Source: an uncultured Methanosarcinales archaeon
Lineage (GTDB): Archaea > Nanobdellota > Nanobdellia > Woesearchaeales > DATDXC01
Direction: 5' to 3'
DNA length: 64,000 nt
NCBI GenBank assembly: GCA_964510025.1
Contig: CAZDZV010000008.1
Location: 1 to 64,000, forward strand
The first letter of the stretch is position 1; the number at the start of each line of letters is the position of its first letter. This document shows, piece after piece, positions 14,301 through 29,300 of the stretch. The notes beneath the pieces are model-generated. The model saw only the letters and a list, made by a program, of their open reading frames with translations, was not told the DNA's origin and made no database searches. The position numbers and the translations under genes are program-made.

Positions 14301-17300
14301 TTCTACATTAGCGGTAGCCAAGTTGAAGCTGTCTTTCTGGAACGGCGCATTTTGGGTCCCTATATGCCACTCCGCAAAGTTGGATGGGCCATTTCTTTCG
14401 AATATTATGGTATATGTCTCTCCCTGCCTGACCTGTTCTGTATAGTCCACTATCTTCGCTTCTTCCAGTGAAATGCCATCGTAACCTATAGGTGCTCCAT
14501 GCCACTTTGGAAGCAGCACAGGCTGGGCTCCATCTATGTCCGTCAAACCGCAGACTGAGTTGCAGCTTGGGTCATAGCAGTCAACATAGCCGTCACCATC
14601 ATTATCAAATCCGTCCTTGCAGTCTAAGAGCGATGATTCTTCTTGCCTGCAGTAGACGCTAGTAGTGCCTACCTTACCGCCTACTTTGCCATCGCAGTCA
14701 GAATGGTCCCTGCAATCAACCAAGCTGTCAGCATCGTTATCAAATCCATCATCGCATGCCTCATCAGGCCTGCAGACAGCTCCTGTTAAGCTTCCTATCA
14801 TCCCGTAGCAGTCTGAATCCATGCAATCAAATGCGCCAGCCTGACCATTTGGAATTATCTCTCCTGCTGAGTTGTCATTGTCATTGTTAAGCTTGTCCGA
14901 GCAGCTGTCCCATGTTATGTTCTCTTCATCATAGCATGGGCCTGGTGAGCATATCCTGAACTGCTTGAAACAGTCAGCATCAGAGCAGTCCCAAGGACCG
15001 TCAGCATCATCATCAAGATCATTGCCGCAGTACATGCCAGGGTAGTCAAGGCCGGTGAAAAAACCATCTCCCGGATCATACTCTTTTTCAAGGCATATCC
15101 TTCCGTCATCTGGGTGCTGCACTCCAAGGCAATCAGGATCACCACAATCAGTCAGTTCCTTTCCAAGGGAATCATCCAGTACATATGTATCTCCGTCGAA
15201 ATAATATGCATCCAGGTCATTGTCGATTCCATCGAAGCACCAGTATGGATCCTCTGCCTCGTTGGCAGGGCATGAGCCCTTGCAGTCATAGTCATCACAA
15301 TCAGCATCTTCTGCATAATCCCGGCCAAACCTTGCGAGATAAGCCTCCTGGTTCCATCCAGCACCGGGCATGCCCGCAGCATCCCTGTCAAAGTCATTGT
15401 CAAATCCATCAGAGCATGATGACTCCTTCATAAGCTCACATAGTCTTCCTTGTTGATCTGGCTGGCCATGGCAGTCTTCATCGGGGTTGTAGTCCTGCCC
15501 GATACTGAAGTAGCCGCCCCAACGGCAGTCAATTCCCTGATTAGGGCCGCTGTTAGCTACGTATTGGTCGGAATAATAGCCTGTAATGGATATGGCATCC
15601 CAGTCATTGTCAATATTATCGAAGCACTGGCCAGCTGCTTCTGCCGATGTGGTAATCCTGCAGTAGTCCCTGCAGTCATATTCTGCGTTAGCAGGGGTGG
15701 GCATTGACGTTGTTGAAGCAACAGCGATTAGGTCACAATCCTTCAGCTGCATAGCATCGTTGTTGAAATTATCATCACAGCTCTTTTCATAGCCCCAGTT
15801 GCATCTGTCATTTGCATCTATCGGATTTCCCCTTGTATCGTTGCAGTCAGGGTCTTCGCAGTCTATGAGGCCTGCTGTATATGTCGGTTGGCTGTATTTG
15901 GTGCCGTTGTTTTCAATCTTCTGGTCGGCGGCAATCTCAGACTCGCCTCTGGTGTAGTCCCAGTCATTGTTAAGACCATCGTGGCATATCCTCTCTATAG
16001 GGGCGCAAACGGGATCGTTATGGAAGCAGTCAGCATCATGGCAGTCTGTATAATCCTTGAGCGGATGGCCATCCGGATACAGCGAATCATAGTCATTGTC
16101 AAATTCATCTTCACAGTCTGTTTCTATCTGGTAGTTGCATAATCCTGTCTTGCCAAGGCCGAACTCATTCTGCTGGTCTGCATCTCCTGTTACACCATCA
16201 CAGTCCTGGTCAAAGCAATCATAGCTGTATTCCCATACATTGCCAGGTCCAAGATAATCGAAATCATTGTTCACATAGTCTCCACAAACGCCGTTGAATT
16301 CTATGACTGCCAAAGGTGTTATCTGGCTTTCATCATCACCTCTAAGGCCATCTTGGCTAAAGGTAACATCGAATACAGCCGGCTGCTCAGCATTGTTGTC
16401 TGAGCCATAGGCTATTATCAGTTCTAGGGCCCTTGTTTGATCCAGTGCCTGGCTGAAGGATATGTTGAACACCAGGTCAAGGGTGCCTGTGAAAGGCTGC
16501 TGCTCATCCAGCCATTCATGGGATACGCTAAATGTGCCGTCCGGCTGTTCCACTGGCTGGGTAGTGATGCCGTTTCCTGTATTTTTTCCGTATACATTCA
16601 CAGATTCCACATCAACTAGGTTGGCTATAGTTATGGAGTACACCTTTGATGTCAGCTGCTGCCTTAGACGCAGCTTCAATGTCCCCATTTGGGCATCCAC
16701 ATATCTTGTGTAAGCTACGGGAGTATTGTAAGCACCTACAGCTGCTGTGAAAATCGCATATCCATTTGGATCTTCGACATAGGTAACATAATCCGGGAAC
16801 CGTTCTATAGGGTCGCATGTCGGGAAAAACATAGCATTGCACAAGTCATAGTCACATCCGGCTCCTGGATTGTTTATGCATGACTCATCCTCAAGGCTGT
16901 TGCCTGCGGCCATGTACATCGCAAACCTGACATCCTCGATACCTTCGCATTTTCCGATATTGTCAAAGTACCTATGTGGATTATTAATGCAGGACACAGC
17001 CCTTGTAACCTCGCCTTCTGTCCATTTATCTGCATGATGGGTGTATATCCTTGTCAAGACATCCTGCTTGAAAAGCACATCCCCTTCTCTCCTAATAGAG
17101 CAGTTCTTCAGAATCCAAGGCAGATAGTGTCGGTCAGGATCCCTGACAATCCTGGTAAGGTTGTCTTGCTCTTGGAGGGTATAGTCCAGGCTGTATGAGC
17201 TGTCTGATATGGAGAGGCCTGTTGCAGTTATGTTAAATACTGTATCATCTCCTGCTTTTACCGTGCAGATAAGCTCATCGGATGGGAAGATGGTCAAACC

Positions 17301-20300
17301 TTCAAACCTTATGCTGAAAGTATCCACATGCGTGCCTGAAAGCTGGCTGGCTGGCTCGAATACTCCTTCAGGGGGGATGATTGCTGACCACTGCTCGCAC
17401 CTGGAGTTATCATTGAATGTCATAGATGGCTCGCAAGGTTGGCCTATTCCTGTGTCTATGTTGCATGAGCATTCTGTATTGCATTCGCCGTTGGATGGGT
17501 AGTCTGCAAAATCGTTAATATTGCCGTCGCCTTCAGCATCAATGCACTGGTCTGCTGGACATACGCAGTCAGTTGTCTGGTCGCATTGTGCTCCGCATGT
17601 AAACGTATTTATGCCGTCTGCCGGATTATTGTCGCTGCAGTAGCTGTTTTCCATCTCACAAGAGTACGGAATGTCGCAATTTCCAGCTCCGTCACACTGG
17701 TCATATCCATCTGCGGGATAGAGCTCCACCATGAAGCCGTTGCACCCATCTGCAGGACAGTCTACGAGGTCGCCGCATTGCGTTCCCAACGGGGCGAATC
17801 CGTCTGCCGGGCAGTCTTTTGAGCTGCCTGTACAATATTCAGCGACATCGCAGTCTCCATCAGCGTCCCTGCACACATCTGAGGTTGAGTTGANNNNNNN
17901 NNNNNNNNNNNNNNNNNNNNNNNNNNNNNNNNNNNNNNNNNNNNNNNNNNNNNNNNNNNNNNNNNNNNNNNNNNNNNNNNNNNNNNNNNNNNNCGCAGAC
18001 CTCTGGAATATCGCAGACACCTTCAGCATTCCTGCATTCTGTTCCTGCAGGCCTTTTGCTGTCGCCAGGACAGTGTGGGCCTATTCCTGTGCAGAACTCA
18101 GCGACATCGCAGTCTCCATCAGCGTCCCTGCACACATCTGAGGTTGAGTTGAACACATCTGTGGGACAGAAGTCTGAGATACCGTCGCAGACCTCTGGAA
18201 TATCGCAGACACCTTCAGCATTCCTGCATTCTGTTCCTGCTGGCGCTTTCTGATCAGCAGGACAATCTGCTGCTGCTCCGGTGCATTTCTCTTCAGGATC
18301 GCAATCCCCATTGGATGTCCTGCATGTGTATCCAGCCGGCCGGAAAATGTCTTCTGGGCAGGATGGCGAAGTGCCTGTGCAGAATTCCTCTATATCACAT
18401 ATTTTGTCCGCTGCCCTGCATATTTCACTAGACGGCTCGAAATCCTGGCTGCATTCATAGTCAGCGCATACACCATCTGCGCAGCTGTCATCCAAGGGAT
18501 CGCAGTCATCATCAGCCTGGCAGCAAAGCACTTCTCCAGGCCCGATCTGGCCTGCGCACGAGGGCTGCTCGCAATCAGCGAAGGCATCGCAGTTATTTTC
18601 TGTCTCATCATCACAGGTTTCAACTGCTCCAGGATGTATGCACTTGGAGCAGGCCGAGTACTGGCCAGTGCTGCAGTCCACAGAGGATGCATCATATGCG
18701 GATATGTCAGTGGGGCATATACCCTGGTCATCAGAGATATCATCATTGCAGTCATCATGCCCTAAGAAACCCGGCTCAGATTCACAGCCCGCAGCCTCCT
18801 GGTAATAGCTGTCCTGGTCAATATCGGTGCATGGATCGCATATGTCTCCTTTTCCATCGTTATCTGTGTCAGTCTGTTCGATGTTTGCATCATAGATGCA
18901 GTTGTCACAAGCATCATCTATCCCATCCCCGTCGCTATCACTGTTCAGGTTCATTATGCCTGGGCAACTGTCGCATGAAATGGTGGATTCATATGCATCA
19001 GTGAAAAGGCCTTCTGTGGCCCCATCCTGGTCAAAGTCTGCTCTTGCACAGCTCCATCCAGGCCCTGAGGACAGCATAGAATCGCAGATATAGAAAGCTT
19101 TTTGCCCAGAGGAGACTCTGTCCCCTTCTGAGTCAGTTGCTTCTATGTAAACATAGTAGATACCATCTGCTTGAGGCGTTTCTATCTGCCCCCTGCATCT
19201 TGTTGAACTTGAGCCGAATTTAAAAAGTGGAGATGAGGCGGAAATCTCTGTCCCTGTGCTGTCCAGTACATGGGCTATGCAGTCACCAGGGAACGTATCT
19301 TCGATGCTTGTCGAGAAGGTTGCGTTGACTTCCACTGTCTCATCTGATCTATAGAATGGCTTTGTCTTATCCAGCTCAGAAGCTATCTCTACAGGCAGTA
19401 CATTTATGTTAACTGTCTTTGTCAGCTCTGAGCCAAGATTATTGGATGCATCTCGTGCTCTGACCTTTATCTGGAATCCATCCTCGTCCGAAGTTATGCT
19501 GTCTAAGGTAGCATTGCAGTTTCCGTCACTGACAACAACCACCCCGTTGAAGTCGAACTCGCAGGAGCATACATCCTCATTTGGTATGGCCCTTACCTTA
19601 ACCTTATCCCCAGCAGGGATATCTATAGTGTCTATGTTAAGCTTGTCGATCTCTATATCAATGATCTGCGGTGCCGTATTCTCATAAACCTGTACCCTGT
19701 ACTCTTTTTCTGTCAGCTTTGGATTGTCTGGGTATTCTTCCTCAATATAAGACACTATTATCGGATACAGGGCAATCTCCGGCAAGGCCAATGGATCACA
19801 TGTAAGATTTGCGTAGAAAGTGTTCAAGATGCCGTTGTATTCGATCCTTCCTGATTTCTGGTCATTAGCAACCCACTGCAGGCCCGGGCTGGCCTCCAGC
19901 GTACAGGAAGTTGCGTCGAAAGGCAGAGGATTTCCGACTCCGGTTGAGCTTCCAACACCCAGGTACAGCGAAAGATAGTTGCCTTCGCCCATTATCCTTA
20001 ATTTGTACGGTTCATTGACATACAGCCTTTCCTTATGGCTTACATAGATTGAGGTAGTTCCAATCCTGGAGAATGAAGAAGTAAAAGGAACCTCGGTGCA
20101 GGCCAATGCAGACCAGTCTTTTGAGTTGCAGTTGCCGATGCCGTAGCAGGATGGATCGATGCAGTCTATGAGCATGTCCCCATCATTATCCATATTATCA
20201 TTGCAGTAAGCTGCTGTCTGCTCAGCTGTGCAATCTCCGATCCCTGAGCAGTCGGGGTCTGCACAGTCTACAAGCATGTCGCCATCATTATCGAAGTTGT

Positions 20301-23300
20301 CATCACATGACAATTCTGGCCATTCACACTTCTGCGAAGCTGCCAATGAGCCAAGCTCCCCCTGGCATTCCAAATAATCACTGCAGTCTAAAAGGCCGTC
20401 GTGGTCATTATCCACACCATCAGCACATGAATCAAAGGTGTAATCTTCTACAGCAGGGCATGGGCCGCAGTCTCCGAATATCTGGAAGCAGTCGTCGTCT
20501 TCGCAGTCCTTGACAAGGTTCCCATTTTCATCACAATCATTGCTGCAGTACTGATAGTTATTTACAAGGAATTCATATGGATGGCATTCGCAGCCAGATT
20601 CCGGATCTACAGCATTGTTGGTTATGCAGTCAGGATCACTGCAGTCAATGCCTCCTCCTGGCCTGGGCTGCCATATCCATGGCTGGGTGGGATGGACCAT
20701 ATAGTAGTCAATATCATTGTCTATTTGGTCAAAGCACTGGGAAGGAGCTTCACTGCCGCCCAGATCATAATACTCATTGGTGATGCAGCCCGGATCGCCA
20801 TAACAATCATAGTCTGTACAGTCTATCCCTGTGCCTGGAAGGCTATCGTAATCATATAGGTAATCCCTATCGAAGTCATCATCCTCTCCATCGGAACAGT
20901 CGATTTCTGTATTGGGGCATAAGGAGCCAAACTGCAGATTTCTTTTCCAGCAGGCTGTCTCGTCAAGGCAGTCGACAAAACCATCTGCATCATTATCGAA
21001 GCTGTCGCCGCAGTTTGTATCTCCGGATTCAAGACCAAACTGACAAAGCTGGCCCTGCAAGCCACCCATTTTGCCGTCGCAGTCCTGGTCCTTGCAGTCT
21101 GTTAAATCGTTCCTGTTGTTGTCAAAGCAGTCATTGCAGGTGTTCTCTGCACCAAATTCGCATACAGCAGGCAGCCCGTTGCAGTTTTTGCCGCCCACCT
21201 GATTATGACAGTCACTGTCAAGGCAGTCGGTGCTATAGTCCAGATCATTATCCACGGTGTCGTTGCATGTCATAAACACTTCAGGGGGTATGGTGAAGGG
21301 CGTTTCACTATCGCCGTCCGGAGCCTGCGAGCTGATTATTATCGGAATTTCAGCTATCAACAGGGGCTGCGTCTGCACAATATGGATGGCAAATTCATCT
21401 TCTCCTTCGCTGTATCCTGAAAGCCGGACCCACATTGTCATGTCAAGGGTCCCTATGAAATTCTCGAGCTTGAGAACGTAGCTTGTGGCCGACATATCCT
21501 CCACCACATCAGGTATAGCCAGATCAGGGTTTACCATGTAGCCCTTGTCTGAGAATGCATCCACCATTATCGCATAAGAAAGGTTGATTACTTCCGGATA
21601 CTCGCCTTGAAGCCTTACCTTAAGCTTGCCATCAGGCCTGACATATCTAGTATATGAATATGTCAGGTCCAGACCGCCCACATTCTTTGTCTCTGTGCAT
21701 AATCCATTAGTGCATTCACCATAGAAAGGATCTCCCGCATATCTGTGCTGTTTGCATGTATAAGGGATCCCAAAGCAGTCCGGATCATCACAGTCTATCT
21801 TGTCATCGCTCGGGCCTACATCATTGTTGATGCCATCATGGCAATATCCTTCAACCGACGCACCCTGGCTCATCTTGATAACGAAGTTCACGTCTCCTTC
21901 ATAATCGCAGTAATGTGTATTGTTGAAGTATCTTTTTGGGATGCCAAGATAGCATTCAACTGCGCGGAAGCCGTCGTCATCAAAGTTCTTGAACCTTGTC
22001 CAGCTATTGCCATGTACCAAGATTGAGCCGTTAAGCTCAGTATTTGATCCAATCTCAGCATAAAGTACCTCTCCATCCCTTATGAGGCTGCAATTGTCTA
22101 TTCGCCATGGCTCCCTTTTATCTATTATATCTGCAGGTTTGATCGTATAGTTGAAGGAGGCTTGACCGTCTGTCATCTCATGCATTATGTCTTTAGACAG
22201 CCTCATTATGCTGTCGTCTGGCAGCCTTATCTCACATTGCAGTCTGTCGTTCACTTCAGCTGTGAGATCCATGAATGTTATGTTGAATGTGTGGAGATGC
22301 GTGCCTGCCAACTTGTTTAGTGGATTGCCTGATTCACAATAGTATGCTTCTGTCTCTGGGTGACATTCGAGGCTGCCGTCCGGACAGCATAATGGTTCAT
22401 AGACCCCTTCAGGGTACAGTATCTGCTTCCAGGGTCCAGGCACAATGCAGTCCTCATCGACTATCCCGTCGCAATCATTGTCCAGCCCATCGCAGATTTC
22501 CGGCTCAGGAGATACCTCTCCTATGCATTCCGCCCCCCAAAGCCCGCTGGGGCATTCCTGGTATCCTATTTCACACTCACCGACATCAGAGCCGCACTCC
22601 CTTGTCTGCCCGATATTGCAGTTGCAGCCTTCATCATAAAGGCCGTCACAGTCATTGTCAAAGTCATCACAGTTTGGCACCTCATTATCGCTGTCTGCCA
22701 TGTATGGATTGTCTTCCAGTGCATCATCACCGCAGCAGGCATGATAGCCGACCTTGGCTGTCCATATGTGGCTGCATTTCTGCGCGCAGTCATCCTGGTC
22801 AAATCCTTCATCAGTTGCACCATCGCAGTCGTTGTCCACACCATCGCAGGCCTCATCTTCGGGGAAGATCTCGCCGATGCATTCTTCCCCCCAGTGCCCT
22901 GTCTCATCGCAGAGATTATGGCCTTTCTGGCATTCTCCAATGTCTGTGCCGCATTCTCTGGTCTGGCCCGGCTCACATACCTCTGCTTCACATGCGTCTC
23001 CAATTCCGTCAGCATCTGAGTCCTGCTGATCCGGGTTGGACAGCCCGATACAGTTGTCACAGGCTTTCAGATCGCCATATATATCAGTATACAGCCCCTC
23101 TGTCGCCCCGTCATTGTCAATATCTGCCTTGCTGCAGGTCCATCCCTCGCCAGATGACTCGGGGTCATTGCAGACAAAGAATACCTTGGATGAAGAGGCG
23201 AGGGGCAATGCCCCACTTGTTATGTCAGCATTCAGGTAGTAAATACCATCCTGCAAGGAAGGAAGGTCAATTGTATCTGAACAGACAGCTTCGTTCCCGA

Positions 23301-26300
23301 TTATCTCAGCAGTTGATGCATGCGTAGCCACTATGCTGCCAAGGCTGTCCCTGATTCTGATGGCACATTCTGGCTGAAATGCCTCTGCGCTTATGAAGCT
23401 GAAGTCTCCTGTCTCCAGCTGGCTGTTGTCTGAATTATAGAAAGCCCTGTCCAGCGTATGCTCGTAGGCTGTCTCTTTTGGCAGAACATCCACTGTGAAC
23501 TGCTCATAGTAGTAAGGTTCTGCCCCAATGTTGCCTGGCCTGTCTGTGGCATACATGTAAAGAGTGTATGTACCATCTTGTGTGAAGGGTGCGCTTAATA
23601 TGCATCTACCGTTGGCCGAATCCTGCTCAAATACTATGTTGGAGTCAACATCCCTGATAATCGCGTGGCACCTGCATATAGCAGAGCCGCCTGTAAAGCT
23701 GTCATCAGCGACTCCTCTGAAAGACAGTGCACTTCCATATTCGAGTTCTGCTGATGAAGGTATCTCAACATCTGAAATAATCGGAGCAGAGGATTCCCAG
23801 ACATCAACAGTGATTTCAGGGCTTGCAGACTGACCATATGTGCCTATTGTAAGAAGGATATCATGCTGGGCAGGCGTTGCAGATGTTGTGGTCTCAAACA
23901 CAAGATCAAGGCTGTTGAGGTTGCCTATATATGTGTCATTTTCCAGCCTGACAAGATATTTGCCGCCACCAACGTACTGGTCGGCTGACTTAAAATAGGG
24001 CGCTGAACTTCCGCTGAGAACATAATTTGGGTCGAAAGGAATCGCCCTGCCCTCGTCGCCCCCTTCACCTATAAATATTATGATCTTTCCGTCGAAAAGG
24101 TCTGGATTGTTACCGTTGTCTGTAAACCGGACACGCCATGTGTCAATTCCTCCCCTGATGACATCTCTATACTGTATATCGAGCCCTGCTCTTGGGATTG
24201 TGGCTGTCTGAGGCGTTGATGAGCAGCCGATCTGCCAGTTCGGAGCGCATGAAACGCCCGCGCAATCATTATCAGCGCAGTCTGCTAAGCCATCTGCATC
24301 ATTATCAAAATTGTCGCTGCACATTGTCTCGGTAAGCTCACAGGATCCTATGCCATTGCAGTCTGCGTCTGCACAATCAGCATCCCCATCTCCATCATTG
24401 TCAAACCTGTCTGAGCAGTCTTCTGTACCGCATCGGCTTCCAGCATAGTCCCCTAGCTCTCCAATACAGTCAGGATCTGCACAATCTACGAGGCCGTCAT
24501 AATCATTGTCTATGCCGTCAGCGCATGAGTCATAGGTGTAGTTTTCATAAGCCGGACATGGACCGCAGTACCCGAATGCCTGCCAGCAGTCCGTTGCCAG
24601 GGCAGGATGCAGGTTGTCACTGCAGTCAGCTAGGGTATCAGCATCATCATCCTGGCTGTTTGCGCAGCGGTTCCAATACAAAACAGAAAATTCCGAAGGC
24701 ATGCATACCTCGTTTTCGTCCTCAGGATTCTGGACAAAGTAGCAGTCCGGGTCATTGCAGTCTATGCCGCCTGTTTCATCGACAGCATACCTGCTGCCAT
24801 CCCAAACATAGTTGTCGAGGTCATTGTCTACCCCGTCGAAGCAGGTAGAGTTGTGGTCTGGATCGCCATCCCATTCTTCTGCTGGGCACTCTCCTGAGCC
24901 CCTGCAGTCATAATCATCGCAGTCAGCTCCTGTGCTGTCCAATCCAGGATCTGGGATGAAGAGAGCCAGCCAATTATCCTGTGTATTCTGTAAGTATGAA
25001 TCATAGTCATTATCCTGCCCATCATTGCACTGATCCTCCCTTCTTGGGCAGACTAAACCCTGGCTGCTTTGTGTGTCGCTCCTGCCCCAGCATTCATAAG
25101 GATCATAGCAGTCTATCTGCCTTGCTATGCATTCCTGCAGGGTATCACAGGTTATGGAGTCTCCATAAGGTGTGCTGTCTGCGTCATTATCAAAGAAATC
25201 AGCGCACACAAATGCATCTATGCTGTATGATGAGCCTTCTGGGCTTTCACAATATACTGCCTGATTTCCTGTATTGTATTTTCTGGGCACGCCGTCATTG
25301 TCAAGGTAAGCACCTACCTGCCCCAGGCAATTAGGATCTGCACAATCTACAAGGCCGTCACCATCATTGTCAAATCCATCATAGCAGTTCATCTCTGCAT
25401 CATGGTTGCATCTTACTGTCTGGCCATCTGGATTTATTCCAATAACCACATCATCGCAGTCGATATCAGCGCAATCAATACCATCATAGTTAAGGTCATT
25501 GTCAACACCGTCATTGCAGGAGTTGTCCGTAACCTTGGATGTGCCTTCTATCACATTATTTGTATTATGTGGCAGATTTTCGTCATTTTCATTGTCATTC
25601 GCAGGCCCTGCAGCCGATACTACCACATCAAGCGTGCTGGGCGGCATAGGGTCTTTGATGATACCTTCAAATCCTACAGTATAGGTGCCTGCATTCACAG
25701 AATTTACATCTACTTTCATGACCATATCAAGGTTGCCTTGGAACACATCTGTAGAGCCTGGATCAGGCCTTGATGATGCCATATAATAATCCTGCTCAAC
25801 TGTCTCATAAGGGAGCAGGTTCTGAGGGGATGGTGCGTATTTTGCAGGATATGCTGAAAGTATGCCAAAAGGCTCGAGGTCTTTAAGGATCAGATCTGTA
25901 AGGTGGCTTATTCCGCTTTTTACAAACCTTACTTTGATGAATCCATCTGGAGATGCTGTCTTAGTATAGTAAACAGCGAGCTGGTTGTCCGGCAGTCCGA
26001 TATTGTTCCTGTAACAGATATTCCCCCTGTCTAGTGTGCATCCATCACCAGGAAGACTTGCCATCCCGGTGATACCAGCCACAAAACCAACAATATTGCC
26101 CATTCCATCATATTCCCTGTTTATATCATGGCCGCAATCAGGATAGAAGACAACCTGGCATTCTGAATCTGCACAGTCCTCTGCCCCATCCTGGTCATCA
26201 TCTATGCTGTTATCACATATTTCCATGCCAACAGCAGCTCTTTTTGCAAGAGCAAAATCAACATCATTCTGGGTCGTATCGTTGTGTGAGAAATAGTACC

Positions 26301-29300
26301 TTTCTCCAAGAACCCTTGTCAGGTGAGCAGTGGTTGTGTCAAACGGATCATCGTCCCCTGTTGCGTCATTGTGGAAATACCAATAGGTTGTCTTGACATA
26401 TAGGGGGTATTCTGTGCTGTTGATCATCTGCAGGCTGCCCAGCTGATCCCTGATAGTGCAGTTTGATATATACCATGTTCTTTCATAGTGGCCGCTGGGG
26501 TCTGTCTCCTGAGGGATACTGTCTCCGGGTTCATATGGCGTACCCTGGAGCCTGTAGCTTAATGCTATGTCTTCATCAGATGCTGGCTGGGTGAAAGTGT
26601 GCGCCAGTTCAAGTACTGTTTCATCTGGTTTGACTATGTTGCAAGACAGCGTATCTCCTGAATCAGCTGTTATATCCTGCACTTGTATCTCAAAAGTATC
26701 ACGGCTGTGCACTCCAGCAGGAAGCACGCCCTGAAGCTCATATAGTCCATGAGGATAGATGATGTCTGACCATGTCCTTTCCAGGTCAAATACGGTCAAG
26801 GCAGCATAGGCAGATTTTGGGAAAACGTCAATATAGGTTGAGTTGATGGTTGCAGTCCCCTGGCCGATTCCTGTAGCAATGTTATCTGCCACAGCTGCCA
26901 CACCTGCATCAGATGAGCTGTAAGATGCAGATAGGCTGACATCATGATTTGAACCGTCGCTATTGTATGCTGTTGTGGCGTAAGCCTGCTGGCTGTTTTT
27001 CTGAATAGAGCTTATCATCGGGGATATCCTTATGTGGCTGAGCATACGGCTGCCCGAAGCAACGACGTTGATTTCAGCATAATCATACGCGGTATTTTCT
27101 TCTTCCTGGTATTTTGCCTGGATAACAGCCTTTCCCAAAGCGACCGCAGTGGCGGTGCTGAATGATGTAGAGGCTATCTCTGGGTTTGATGATGTAAGCT
27201 CAGCTGATGATGTTATGTCTTTGCTGGTCTGGTTGTCATAAGTGAGCATTACCTTATAAGAGACAGACACTCCAGGCTCGAGGGAACTGTTCTTTGGAGT
27301 CAGGTTTATCTTGAAGTCTGGCTGGGGGATTGTCCTTATCAGAAGGCTGTTGCTTGCCTTAGCATCCCCCTGTTCCTTGCCATCAAAAGGCGTGATTATG
27401 CACTGCCATTGGTCTGCAGAAGAGGTATAGATCGAGGGTACAATTCGCATATCTTCCAGATGTGGCTGAGGGATCCCCCCCTTGAGCCACATATACCGGT
27501 TAACCACAGGATCACCATCCTCATCAAAAGTAGACTTATTATGGCAAATCAGGTCTTCATTTGTCAGATTTGTGCTGAATGTTGAGCTCAGAACGGGATT
27601 CTCATGCGTGGGCGGATGGTTTATCTCCTCATATATCTGCAGTGTGGCAGTCTTTGCCTTTGTGATCCCCTGATAGGTATAGTTAACATTTATGCCTGTC
27701 CAACCTACTGCCAGACCAGTTGCAACATTGTCAAACAGGCCCACTATTGTGCCTTCATCCAATGAGCTGAATTCTGCCTCTTGTGTAACGTTCTCTTTTG
27801 TAGCATCACTATAGTGCGCCATCACTGAATAGTGCTGCTGGGATCCGATATTTATGTCAGAGTTCAATGGTATTATCTCTATATCTGACAGCACTTTTAG
27901 CGGATTTGCCAATATATTTAAGGTAGTAGCAGCCCATCTCTGCAAGCCTCCTTCGCTGTAGAGTGCGGATATTATTATACGGTAATCCTGTTCCAGACCG
28001 GGGGTTGTATGGGCCACGTGGCCAAGCATCTGGACCTTTGTCGAATCTCCTGAGAAAAATAATGTAGTTGGCTCGGATGTGATGTTTCTGCTGCTCTTGT
28101 TGCTGTACCAGGCTGTTACATAGTAGGGCCTTTCAAAACCAGATACAATAGACGCGTCTGTCGGCCTTATCTCAATATGCGACAACATATCGAGGTCAGT
28201 GACGTTTAGGGAAGTAACTGCATGCTTGGTGGTGTAGCCTTCACTATAGATGGCAGTGATATTGGTTATCCCCTTATGGTTTCCAACAACTATGTTGTCT
28301 GTTATGAAGTCTGCCACATCAGGCTTGGAAGATGTGTAGGATGCAAGAACTGATCTGCTTGAGCCATCTTTATAATAGGCTATTGTAAAGAAATTTTGGG
28401 TGAGCCCGATCTTTATTGTGCTGTTTGCCGGGATTATCCTTATCTCCTCCAGCTCTCTTTTGGGTATTACCGCTACTGTGGAGGTATCTGACCTTGTTAT
28501 GCCGGTGTCTGTGTAGTGTGCGGTTATGTCTGTGATCCCCAGCTCTAATGCTGTTAAGGCACCTGCTGCATCCACCGTCGCTACGGAGACATTTGAGGAA
28601 GTGTAGTAGCCTGGCTCTATCGGGACGCTGTTTCCTCCGCTGTAATATGCGATTGTTGTGAAGTCGCTGTACTGGCTGCCAGCCTTTATCGACAGAGTGT
28701 CAGGTGTAAGATCAATATGGGATAATATATCGTCTGCTACAACATTCAAATCAGCTGAATCCCATCTTGTGTATGGCATTTCAGTATAGCTGGCATTAAT
28801 TGCAGCCTTCCCTTCTGACACAGGGCTTGCTATTCCGTCAGATGATATTACCGCTACTGACAAATCATCGGATTCATAGTCCGACAAGGAAGTAATGTCT
28901 TGTGCAGATTTATCGCTATAATGCGCGGTTGTGCTGTAGTGAAGGTTCATGCCCGGCTTGTTCTGTATCCAGGCATTTTTTGGCTTGATGGTTATGTAGG
29001 ATAATAAACCGGAACCCTGGCTTACAACATCCAGAACAGATGCAGCTTGATTTGTAATGCCCTCTTCGGTATATGCAGCTGTTATGATGGCTGTGCCGAT
29101 GTTGTGCCCGGTTGCACTATTATAGCTGACAGAAGCGACATTTTGATCAGATGAACTGAATCTACAACCAGATGTCACTATCTTCCTAGAACTATTTGAG
29201 TATATGGCCTCTACTGCGTACTCCTGGCTAAGCCCTACTTCTATCAAAGCAGTTGCCGGCGTTATCCTAAGCGACTCTATGTAAGGCTTCAAAGTAAAGT

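Noticed and set aside
17860..18029. Programmed frameshift or two separate genes at the junction of the 7464- and 5223-aa ORFs
   Set aside because: The frame change is explained by the arbitrary 100-N gap length; the repeat-inferred gap of 33 nt is in frame.
5191..24591. CRISPR array
   Set aside because: The repeats are 83 bp or longer, kilobases apart and protein-coding; there is no repeat-spacer periodicity and no cas gene.
5780..25390. Diversity-generating retroelement TR/VR pair among the near-identical repeats
   Set aside because: There is no reverse transcriptase in the window, all copies are in-frame coding sequence, and the mismatches are not adenine-specific.
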